Of a stretch of DNA of 64,000 bases, positions 1 through 8,328 are shown one piece after another. The position numbers and the translations under genes are program-made. Within the stretch, counting starts at the first letter, position 1. Every line of letters starts with the position of its first letter. The notes under the pieces are model-generated. The model was given only the letters and a program-made list of their open reading frames with translations, did not search any database and was not told where the DNA came from. The stretch comes from Corallococcus exiguus (GTDB taxonomy: Bacteria > Myxococcota > Myxococcia > Myxococcales > Myxococcaceae). The DNA lies in contig NZ_JAAAPK010000002.1 of NCBI RefSeq assembly GCF_009909105.1, forward strand, positions 541,827 through 605,826. Reading direction: 5' to 3'.

Positions 1-1
1 C

Positions 2-754
2 ATGGACCTGCGCACGGTGCTCGCGGCGGGGCGTGAGGGGCTGGGCTACACGGTGGTGGGCATCGCGGTGTGCCTGACGCTGGGGGTGGGGCTCGCCCGG
101 CTGCTCGGTGTTCCCCGCGTGACGGGGCTGCTCATCAGCGTGGGCACGGCCATCTGCGGCGGGAGCGCCATCGCGGCGGTGGTGCCGGTGCTGCGGCCCC
201 AGGAGCATGAGACGTCCGTGGCCCTGGGCACGGTGTTCCTGCTCAACGCGGTGGCGCTGTTCGTCTTCCCCGTCGTGGGCCATGCGGTGGGGCTGACGCC
301 GCATCAGTTCGGCTTGTGGTGCGCGATGGCCATCCACGACACCAGCTCCGTGGTGGGTGCGGCGCTGCGCTACGGACCCGAGGCCCTGGCGGTGGCCACG
401 CCCGTGAAGCTGGCGCGCGCCTTGTGGATCCTCCCGCTGACGGTGGGCCTGGCCGCGTGGCGCCGGCGCGAGGGCCACGCGGTGACGGGCCGGGTCCGTA
501 GGCCGTGGTTCATCGCCGGGTTCCTCGGCGCGGCGGCGGTCGTGACGGTGTTCCCCGGGCTCGCGCCGGTGGGGCAGGGAGTGGCGGCCGTGGCCCGGCA
601 ACTGCTCGTCGTGACGCTGTTCCTGTTGGGAGCGGGGCTGACGCGCGAGACGCTGCGGGCGGTGGGCCTTCGTCCGCTCGCGCAGGCGGTGACGCTGTGG
701 CTGCTCATGGCGGGCCTGTGCCTGGGCGCGCTGCGGCTGGGCTGGGCTGCATGA
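2..754 (+). CDS. YeiH/UPF0324-family putative sulfate-exporter-like membrane protein (5' end truncated by the window edge)
   Basis: Polytopic hydrophobic protein (GIAVCLTLGVGLARLL, ICGGSAIAAVVPVL) resembling the YeiH family. The ORF runs off the 5' end of the window. Confidence 0.6.
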   Translation: MDLRTVLAAGREGLGYTVVGIAVCLTLGVGLARLLGVPRVTGLLISVGTAICGGSAIAAVVPVLRPQEHETSVALGTVFLLNAVALFVFPVVGHAVGLTPHQFGLWCAMAIHDTSSVVGAALRYGPEALAVATPVKLARALWILPLTVGLAAWRRREGHAVTGRVRRPWFIAGFLGAAAVVTVFPGLAPVGQGVAAVARQLLVVTLFLLGAGLTRETLRAVGLRPLAQAVTLWLLMAGLCLGALRLGWAA

Positions 755-920
755 GCCGCGGGCTCAGGGCAACCGCACTGGGGGCGTGGCGGGCATGGCG
801 CGGCGGCGTGAGCCTCGGCCTCAGGGCAGCAGCACCGGGGGCGTGGCGCGGGCATGGCGCGGCGGCGTGAGCCTCGGCCTCAGGGCAGCAGCACCGGGGG
901 CGTGGCGCGGGCATGGCGCA
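752..920. repeat. Roughly 59-bp tandem direct repeat, about 2.7 copies (unit gggcatggcgcggcggcgtgagcctcggcctcagggcagcagcaccgggggcgtggcgc)
   Basis: Read directly from the sequence. Full units begin at 791 and 850 and a partial unit at 909. A degenerate leading copy lies at about 752-790. The repeat sits at the convergent 3' ends of the YeiH-like and LysR genes. Confidence 0.8.
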
Positions 921-1794
921 GGAAGCGGCCCGCGGCTCCGGACGGATCATCCACGGGCAGGGCCCAGGAGAACGCTCGCGGGATGCGCAGCCCTGGCACG
1001 GGTAACACCTGGAAGCGGCCCAGGGACAGCTCGCCGTCGATGCTCCAGCGGGACAACAGCGCCACGCCCAGACCCAGGGACACGGCCCGTTTGATCGCCT
1101 CGGTGCTGCCCAACTGGAGGTCCCCGCGTCGGGGCCCCTTGCGCACGCCTGCCTTGCGCAGGGCCCGGTCCAGCACGGCGCGTGTGCCGGAGCCCTGCTC
1201 GCGCCACAGCAGCGGCACCTCCCGCAGTGCTTCCATGGTGCGGATCCGCGACCACTCCGCCGGCCCCTGTGACGAGACCACCGGCACCAGCTCGTCATCC
1301 AGGTAGCGCTCCAGCCGGATACCGGGCGCCCGCGCGTGGCCCTCCACCAGCCCGAGCGGCACCCGGCCCTCCGACAACCACGTCAGCACCTCGCGCGTAT
1401 TGCCCACTTCCAGACGAACCTGGAGCTCACGGTGCGTGCGCAGGAACGACGCCAGCAGACCGGGCACGATGGCATTGGCCACGGTGGTGCTCGCCGCCAG
1501 CGCCAGCTCTCCGGTGAGGGTCTCCTCGGCCGCGATGGCGAGCGCCGCCTCGTCCAGCAGGCCATGGATGCGCTGGGCGTAGTCGAAGAGCACACGCCCC
1601 GCCGCGTTCAGCCGCACCCCGCGTGCCGTGCGTACGAGGAGCGGTTGGCCGCAGTCCGCCTCCAGTTGCCGGACCTGCGCGGTGACGGCGGGCTGTGACA
1701 GGTGGAGCAGGCGGGAGGCGGCGGAGATCTGCCCCGTCGAGGCGACGACGCGGAAGGTTTCGAGCCGGCGGGGGTCGACGAACAAGGGCGTCAT
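880..1794 (-). CDS. LysR-family transcriptional regulator
   Basis: N-terminal HTH (FRVVASTGQISAASRLLHLSQPAVTAQVRQLE) followed by a LysR substrate-binding domain, about 300 aa. Confidence 0.85.
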   Translation of the reverse strand: MTPLFVDPRRLETFRVVASTGQISAASRLLHLSQPAVTAQVRQLEADCGQPLLVRTARGVRLNAAGRVLFDYAQRIHGLLDEAALAIAAEETLTGELALAASTTVANAIVPGLLASFLRTHRELQVRLEVGNTREVLTWLSEGRVPLGLVEGHARAPGIRLERYLDDELVPVVSSQGPAEWSRIRTMEALREVPLLWREQGSGTRAVLDRALRKAGVRKGPRRGDLQLGSTEAIKRAVSLGLGVALLSRWSIDGELSLGRFQVLPVPGLRIPRAFSWALPVDDPSGAAGRFLRHARATPPVLLP

Positions 1795-1927
1795 CCTAGA
1801 CGAGGCGCGAGGGGAGGGGCGCCTTCATCGCTGGGTGTTGAGAAGGGGGCGCTTGCGTCCGCCTGCCCGGCAGGGCGCACGGTGGTTCTCGTTGGAAGCG
1901 TCAGGGCCTTTGATAGGTTGCCGCCCC

Positions 1928-2944
1928 ATGAAGAAGATCCTGGTCGCGCTCCTCGTGCTCATCGTCCTGGCGGTCGCGGGTGCAGGCGGCGTGTTCATGC
2001 ACTTCCAGAACGCCACCACCGCTCCGCACGCAGCCGCGGATCCGGCTCCCAAGGAGTTCGTGGTGAAGAAGGGCGCGTCCGCGCGCTCGCTGGGCCAGCA
2101 GCTCCAGTCCCAGGGCTTCCTGGAGAATCCCGCCGTGTGGCGCTTCCACCTGTGGCGCCGGGGCAGCCTCAACGTGAAGGCGGGCCGCTTCATGCTCAAC
2201 CCCACGGCGTCCGTGGCGGAGCTGGCCAACGCCCTGGAGGGCCAGCCGCTTCCGGAGGACGTGCCCTTCGCGATGATCGAAGGCTGGCGCCTGCGCGACA
2301 CCGACCAGGTGCTCGCCGCCCAGGGACTCATCAAGCCGGGCGAGTACATCGCCGCGGCCAGCCGCACGAGCAGCTTCGCCGCGCCGTTCCCGCTGCCCGT
2401 GCGCAGCCTGGAGGGCTACCTCTACCCGGAGACGTACGGGATCATCGCGGACAACTTCAAGGTGGAGGCGTTCATCCAGCGGCAGATCGACACCTTCCGC
2501 GCCCGCTTCTACGACGAGCACAAGGACGAGATCGCCAAGAGCGGCCGGTCACTGCACGACATCGTCGTGATGGCCTCCATGCTGGAGCGCGAGGAGCCGG
2601 TGCCCTCCCAGCGCGCGCTCGTCGCGGGCATCCTCTGGAAGCGCGTGGACAAGGGCTTCCCACTGGGCGTGGACGCCACCAGCCGCTACGAACTGGCGGA
2701 GTGGAACGACCGCAAGGCGTTCCTCAAGCGGCTGCGGGACAACTCGGATCCGTGGAACTCGCGCACCCGCGCGGGCCTGCCGCCGGGCCCCATTGGCGCG
2801 CCCACGGTGGACTCGCTGCTCGCCGCGCTGCGGCCGGTGAAGAGCGACTTCTGGTACTACCTGCATGACGCGCAGAAGGTCCTGCACCCGTCGCGCAACG
2901 CGCAGGAGCACGAAGCGCTTCGAGCCAAGTACAACGTGTACTGA
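1928..2944 (+). CDS. mltG: Endolytic murein transglycosylase MltG (YceG-like)
   Basis: N-terminal membrane anchor MKKILVALLVLIVLAVAG followed by a YceG/MltG domain (LEGYLYPETY, GLPPGPI motifs). The ATG at 1928 is chosen inside the longer ORF 1628-2944. Confidence 0.85.
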   Translation: MKKILVALLVLIVLAVAGAGGVFMHFQNATTAPHAAADPAPKEFVVKKGASARSLGQQLQSQGFLENPAVWRFHLWRRGSLNVKAGRFMLNPTASVAELANALEGQPLPEDVPFAMIEGWRLRDTDQVLAAQGLIKPGEYIAAASRTSSFAAPFPLPVRSLEGYLYPETYGIIADNFKVEAFIQRQIDTFRARFYDEHKDEIAKSGRSLHDIVVMASMLEREEPVPSQRALVAGILWKRVDKGFPLGVDATSRYELAEWNDRKAFLKRLRDNSDPWNSRTRAGLPPGPIGAPTVDSLLAALRPVKSDFWYYLHDAQKVLHPSRNAQEHEALRAKYNVY

Positions 2945-2953
2945 GGCACCTCG

Positions 2954-4657
2954 ATGGCGTCCCCCCTCCTGGACCCGAGCCGCGTCTCCACTCCTCCCGC
3001 CGGTGCCGAGGTCGCCCTGCGCGAGGAGGTGGCCCAACTGCGCCAGGAAGCCGAGCGGCTCCGCCGGCTGCTGGAGACCGCGGCGCAGGTCACCTGGTCG
3101 ACGAACCCCGCCAGGGATGCGCTGGCGCCCATCTCTCCGTCATGGACGACCTTCACCGGCCAGACGGAGGAGCAGATGCGCAACCAGGGATGGCTCCTCG
3201 CCCTGCACCCGGATGACCGGGCCGGGGCCCTGGCGGCGTGGGAGCGGGCCAGGGAGGGGACGCAGCCCTTCGCCACTCGCTACCGGCTGCGCCGCGTGGA
3301 CGGGGCTTACGTGTGGATGCTCGCGCGGAGCATTCCCGTGCTGGGGCCGGATGGCTCCGTGCACGAATGGGTGGGCACCTGCATCGACATCCAGGCTCAG
3401 GTCCTGGGTGAGGAGCGCGCCGCGTTCCTCGCGCGGGCCAGCGAGTTGTTCGCGTCGTCGCTGGATGCCTCCGCCACGCAGGAATCGCTGGCGTCGCTGG
3501 CGAACCTGTCGGTGTCGGCGCTCGCGGACTGGTGCATCGTGGACGTGCTGCGCGCGGACGGCCACTTCGAGCGCGTCCAGGTGGTGTCGGCGGATCCCTC
3601 CCAGGCGCCGCTCGCGGCCACCGTGCAGCGGCTGACGCCGGTGCCTCGGGAGCGGCCCGTCTATCCTCCCGCGGTGGCGCTGGCGACCGGCCGGTCCACA
3701 CTTGCGACGGAGGTCACGGACGCGGTGATGCAGTCCGTGGCGCAGGACGCGGATCATCTGGAGACGATGCGGCGGGTGGGCATCCGTTCGCTGCTCACCG
3801 TGCCAATCATGGCCCGGGGCCACATCCTGGGCGCGCTGTCCTTCCTGGTCACCACCTCCAGCCGCCGGTATGGCGACGAGGACCTGCGGTTCGCCCAGGA
3901 GCTGGCGAACCTGGCCGGGCTCGCGGTGGACAACGCGCGGCTGCTCCAGGGCGCACGCGAGGCCATCCGCCTGCGCGACGAGTTCCTCTCTGTCGCGAGC
4001 CACGAGCTGAAGACGCCGCTGACGCCGCTGAGCCTGAAGCTCCAGGCGCTGTCGCGCGCGGTGAAGTCGCATCCGGACTCGCCGCTCGTGCCGATCATCG
4101 AAGCCCACGTGGAGACGGGGCACCGCCAGGTCCGCCGGCTCACGGAGCTGATGAATGACCTGCTGGACGTGTCGCGCATCAGCGCCGGCACCTTCCGCCT
4201 GCAGCGCGAGGAGGTGGACGTCGCGGAGGTGGTGCGCGAGGTGGCCGCGACGTTCGCGCCCAGGTTCGTCCTGGAGCACTGCGAGTTCCAGGTGGAAGCC
4301 CCGGAGTCGGTGCGCGGCTGCTTCGACCGGGTGCGGCTGGCGCAGGTGTTGGATCACCTGCTGGACAACGCCCTCAAGTACGGCCCCGGTACACCGGTGT
4401 CCGTGCGGCTCGTGGCGGATGGGCCCGTGGCGCGGCTCACGGTGCGCGACGGGGGTATCGGCATCTCGCCGGAGCAGCGGCCCCGCCTCTTCGAGCGCTA
4501 CTGCCGCGCGGTGTCCGAGCGCCACTATGGCGGGCTGGGTTTGGGGCTCTACCTCACCCGCACCATCGTGGAGGCCGAGGGCGGGCGCGTGTCCCTGGAC
4601 AGCCGCCTGGGCGAGGGCGCGACGTTCATGGTGGAGCTTCCGCTCACGCGCTCCTGA
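2954..4657 (+). CDS. PAS/GAF sensor histidine kinase
   Basis: PAS region (ALHPDDRAGAL...YRLRRVDGAYVWM), GAF-like region, HisKA H-box (SVASHELKTPLTPL) and an HATPase_c domain (LRRILD...GGLGLGL). Confidence 0.85.
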   Translation: MASPLLDPSRVSTPPAGAEVALREEVAQLRQEAERLRRLLETAAQVTWSTNPARDALAPISPSWTTFTGQTEEQMRNQGWLLALHPDDRAGALAAWERAREGTQPFATRYRLRRVDGAYVWMLARSIPVLGPDGSVHEWVGTCIDIQAQVLGEERAAFLARASELFASSLDASATQESLASLANLSVSALADWCIVDVLRADGHFERVQVVSADPSQAPLAATVQRLTPVPRERPVYPPAVALATGRSTLATEVTDAVMQSVAQDADHLETMRRVGIRSLLTVPIMARGHILGALSFLVTTSSRRYGDEDLRFAQELANLAGLAVDNARLLQGAREAIRLRDEFLSVASHELKTPLTPLSLKLQALSRAVKSHPDSPLVPIIEAHVETGHRQVRRLTELMNDLLDVSRISAGTFRLQREEVDVAEVVREVAATFAPRFVLEHCEFQVEAPESVRGCFDRVRLAQVLDHLLDNALKYGPGTPVSVRLVADGPVARLTVRDGGIGISPEQRPRLFERYCRAVSERHYGGLGLGLYLTRTIVEAEGGRVSLDSRLGEGATFMVELPLTRS

Positions 4658-4661
4658 GCCG

Positions 4662-5627
4662 CTACGGCGCGCCCGTGCCGGGCGACTGGGGTGATGTCTG
4701 GAACATGCCCGCGAGGATGCGCTCGGCCGCGTCCGCGAGCAGATCCCTGGCCATGCGCGTCTCCTCGCCGAAGATGCCGCGTGACGTGTTCGCGTCCAGC
4801 ACGTGCGTGGCGAGCAGCGCGAACGCCGCGGGCTCGTCGAACGTCGCCTCCGAGGTGAGCACGCGCTTGCCGGGCTGTTGATCCTCTTCGTGGAAGCGCC
4901 CCTCCCACGTGTCGCCCAGGGTGATGGAGAAGTACTGCGCGGCCACGTTGCCGGGCCGCGACATGTGCGAGGCGGCCACCACGGCGCGCAGCTGACCGCG
5001 CTCCTCGGCGGTCATCTGTCGTTTCCACGCCTCGACCGAGGCATGCATGGTGTCGATCTGATCCCTCGCCGCGTCCTCGGCGTTCTTCAGGAGGTCTGGC
5101 ACCCGGGCGTGGATGAACGCGGAGAGCTCCGCCTGCGTCACCCGGTTCGCCGCCAGCACGCCGTCCACGAGCGCGAGCGACGCGTCGAGCAGGCGGTGCT
5201 GCCGCGCCAGGGCTTCGGCCGGAAGTCCCCGGCCGTCCAGGCTCATGCGCGAGGCGGTGATGAGCCGCCGCATCGTGGTGAGCCGCGTGCGCGTCTCTTC
5301 ATCGAGCGCGTCCTTGCTGGCGAGCAGGACGTGGAGCGCGAGGGGCACGTGGGTGACGGCCTTGGACACGTGGTAGCGGCGCGTGCGCGCGGGCGCCTCG
5401 AAGCGCTGGCCGCGCATGCGCAGGAGGAGCACGTCGTCGATCTGCGCGATGACGGGCCCCATGCGGGACAGCACGGCCTCACGGCGCGCGGCGTACGCGT
5501 CGCGGAACGCCTGGTTGAGCACGGAGAGCGGATCCGCGGGCTCCAGCGCCACGGTTCGCGCGACTTCGGAGGGCGGCTCGGGAGGAGGGGAAGGGGAGGC
5601 GGGACCGCCCACGGGGCACTCGGCCAT
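4662..5627 (-). CDS. Hypothetical protein (helical, no recognisable domain)
   Basis: Long ORF with genome-typical codon bias (high GC3). No motif that I recognise. Confidence 0.5.
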   Translation of the reverse strand: MAECPVGGPASPSPPPEPPSEVARTVALEPADPLSVLNQAFRDAYAARREAVLSRMGPVIAQIDDVLLLRMRGQRFEAPARTRRYHVSKAVTHVPLALHVLLASKDALDEETRTRLTTMRRLITASRMSLDGRGLPAEALARQHRLLDASLALVDGVLAANRVTQAELSAFIHARVPDLLKNAEDAARDQIDTMHASVEAWKRQMTAEERGQLRAVVAASHMSRPGNVAAQYFSITLGDTWEGRFHEEDQQPGKRVLTSEATFDEPAAFALLATHVLDANTSRGIFGEETRMARDLLADAAERILAGMFQTSPQSPGTGAP

Positions 5628-5775
5628 GCGGGCACCGTAGCGCCCCCCGCGCGACCGTCATCCATGGCCGCGCGCCGGGTGTCCGGATTCCTTCAACCCG
5701 AAAGCGAAAGGCCGGCCCCGCATCGACGCGGGACCGGCCCTCCTTCACTGCTCAGCGGTGACGACGGTCAGAGGA

Positions 5776-8133
5776 CTACTCGACCGGGCGCACCTGGACC
5801 TGCATCACGGTCTGGGCCGGGTTCGTCGACAGCACCTCGATGATGGTGCCAGTCTTCGGAACCTTCACGCCGCCGTACGGCTGCGTGGCGTACCAGAACT
5901 CGTTCGTGTCGTTGAACACCGGCACCGCGGGCTGCGAGGCGTACTCGCTGCGCGGGAAGCCGTTGGGCTTGAGCGACAGCGGGAAGCTGGGCTCCAGGCC
6001 GAACGTCGCGTCGTGCGTCTGCACGCGGCCGGACCAGTAGCGGCCGTCGCTGCGCTGCAGGGGCTGCGGGCGCGAGTCGATGGGCAGGATGCGGCCCGAA
6101 CCCGGGTGCTGAGACACGTTGTTGTTCGACTGCGACGTGTCCCAGTAGGTGATCAGCAGGCCGGGGTTGTACGAGTAGCGCTCCGCCCAATCCACCAGGC
6201 CATCCGAGCTGAAGCCGAAGTTGTAGGGACCCGTGGCCAGACCCTCGTCGTAGCCGCGGAACTGGCGCCACTCGGCCAGGTAGTAGTTGTCGTAGAGGGT
6301 GTTGGTGCCGTCCGTCACGAAGAACGTCGACTTGTCCCACCACTTGTGGCCCCACTCACCGTCGTCACCAAAGAGGTAGGTGTTCTTCGCCCACAGCTGC
6401 ACGGCGTCCACCAGGAAGCCCTTGTTGAACTCAGCTCCGTCCGTCTTGTAGCGGAGCTTCAGGGTGACGGTCTTGCCCGCGTAGGCGGACAGGTCGAACT
6501 CCAGGGGAATCCAACCAGCGGACGTGCCGGTGATGCCGTTGCCCAGGTTGTTGCCCCACGGGTTCGTGGTGCGGCTCACGGGGCTGGCCAGGTTGGTGAA
6601 CGGGCCACCGTCCACGGAGAGGGCGACGTAGGCGTAGTCCCAGTCCTCCTCGATGTCGAACCAGGTCTGGAAGGAGAAGGTGATGGGCTTCTTGTTCGGC
6701 AGCTTCACCGTCTTCTCGAGCACGCGGTCCAGGTTGTTGCCCTGGCCGCCCTGCCACATGCCCTGGCCCTCGAACGGGGCGGTGGTGGGCTGCACCACGG
6801 GCTTGCCGGGCAGCTTCACCACGAGCGCCTGCTTCGCGTTCTGGGACGTGACCTCCGCGGGGCCCAGGTTGTGGTACGAGTACAGGCCCGCATCCGTGGT
6901 GGCGTAGTCCAGCCAGCCCAGCTGCAGCTTGTCCCAGGCGAAGAAGTCACCCGGACGGCTGCCAATGTCCTTGGTGCCGTCGTTCAGGTACGAGCCGGAC
7001 GACATGATGGTCCAGAAGCCCGTCCCGTTGTCCGCCGCGTTCGTCGTGTCGTAGTGGTCCGGCAGGCCCAGGTCGTGGCCGTACTCGTGCGCGAACACAC
7101 CCAGACCACCGTTCTCCGGCTGGATGGTGTAGTCGCCCACCCACTTGTCGATGCCCGTCCCGAAGCGCGTGCCGCCGTTCTGGTTGTACGCGGGGCCGAT
7201 GCCATCCGCGCTCGTGCCGTTGCTGTACGCGAACCAGCGGTGGCTCCACACGGCGTTGGGGCCCTGCGCGCCGCCGCCGACTTCCTCACCCATGCCGGCG
7301 TGGACGATCTGGAAGTGGTCGATGTAGCCGTCCGGCTCGTCGAAGTTGCCGTCGCCGTCGTAGTCGTACCGGTCCCACGTGTCGAACGTGTCCAGGTACG
7401 CCTTGATCTCCGCGGGCGTCTTGCCAGCGGCCAGCTGGGCGTTGGTCCACGCCTTGATGGCGTCGCTGACGAGCGGCCAGATGGAGTTGGAGCAGCTGGA
7501 GCTGCCGCAAAGGTTGTTGCCGTAGCGGGCGGCGTTGTACGGCACCTTCACCCACTCGGACACCGTGCCGGACACGGTGTAGCGGCCGGAGGACGCGGCC
7601 TTGTAGAAGTTCGCCACCGAGTCCGCGCCGGGCGTGGTGTCGAAGTAGAGCTTTTCGAAGTGCTCGCGGTTGTAGTCCGGCTGCCAGATGGTGGTGTTGT
7701 CCACCGTGCGGTCCGGGCCCGGAATCGCGTTGTGCAGCGGGCCGGGGATGTTGCCGCCCGGGTTGGTGGCGGGGTTGCCGAACACCGGGTGGATCTGCGT
7801 GCCGTACTCCACCAGGATGACGAAGATGCGGTCCGTGCGCTGCAGCTCCAGCTCCACGAACTTGCCGTTGGCCAGCTTCTGCACGCGGCCCGGCTGACCA
7901 CGACCCTCCAGACGCATCTGCAGCGCCTGCGCCTTCAGCTCCTTCTGCTGCTCACCCAGACGGTGGGGCAGGTCGTCCGTGATGTCCTGGACAACCGCCT
8001 GGCGCAGCTTGGTGGACGGCGCGGCGATGTCGGGTTGCGGCTTCTCGTACCACGCGCGCTCCGCGTACGCCGTCGGCGCCGCGAGCGTCAGCAGGCCCAG
8101 GGCCAGCCAAGATGGGTTTTTCCGCATTACCAC
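5776..8133 (-). CDS. Secreted M6-family metalloprotease (immune inhibitor A / InhA-like)
   Basis: Signal peptide (LALGLLTLAAPTAYA), zinc HEXXH motif in the context VFAHEYGHDLGLPDHYD, about 785 aa as is typical of M6 peptidases. Confidence 0.8.
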   Translation of the reverse strand: MVMRKNPSWLALGLLTLAAPTAYAERAWYEKPQPDIAAPSTKLRQAVVQDITDDLPHRLGEQQKELKAQALQMRLEGRGQPGRVQKLANGKFVELELQRTDRIFVILVEYGTQIHPVFGNPATNPGGNIPGPLHNAIPGPDRTVDNTTIWQPDYNREHFEKLYFDTTPGADSVANFYKAASSGRYTVSGTVSEWVKVPYNAARYGNNLCGSSSCSNSIWPLVSDAIKAWTNAQLAAGKTPAEIKAYLDTFDTWDRYDYDGDGNFDEPDGYIDHFQIVHAGMGEEVGGGAQGPNAVWSHRWFAYSNGTSADGIGPAYNQNGGTRFGTGIDKWVGDYTIQPENGGLGVFAHEYGHDLGLPDHYDTTNAADNGTGFWTIMSSGSYLNDGTKDIGSRPGDFFAWDKLQLGWLDYATTDAGLYSYHNLGPAEVTSQNAKQALVVKLPGKPVVQPTTAPFEGQGMWQGGQGNNLDRVLEKTVKLPNKKPITFSFQTWFDIEEDWDYAYVALSVDGGPFTNLASPVSRTTNPWGNNLGNGITGTSAGWIPLEFDLSAYAGKTVTLKLRYKTDGAEFNKGFLVDAVQLWAKNTYLFGDDGEWGHKWWDKSTFFVTDGTNTLYDNYYLAEWRQFRGYDEGLATGPYNFGFSSDGLVDWAERYSYNPGLLITYWDTSQSNNNVSQHPGSGRILPIDSRPQPLQRSDGRYWSGRVQTHDATFGLEPSFPLSLKPNGFPRSEYASQPAVPVFNDTNEFWYATQPYGGVKVPKTGTIIEVLSTNPAQTVMQVQVRPVE

Positions 8134-8328
8134 TCCTTTGGGTCAGGTCAGACATCCCGGCGGGGTCCGGGAGTGCCCACTTTCTAGTGGAAGCCGCGAC
8201 TCTTTGGGAAGACCGGGAGGTTGAATTTTTCCTGCAAGGACGGAGTGGGTCATCCGTCGGCTGGCGGTCGAAAATTCGAGAATGGGTAGGGGCGGTGGGG
8301 GGCCAAAGGACTACGGTTCTGGTCCGTT

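Noticed and set aside
752-920. Considered whether the tandem repeat could be a small CRISPR array
   Set aside because: The repeats are directly adjacent with no unique spacers and there are only 2.7 copies of a 59-mer. No cas genes are nearby.
5758-8187. 809-aa plus-strand ORF antisense to the M6 protease gene
   Set aside because: The translation is Arg/Ala/Gly/Val/His-rich low-complexity sequence with no motifs. It lies opposite a gene with clear HEXXH homology. This is a typical high-GC shadow ORF.
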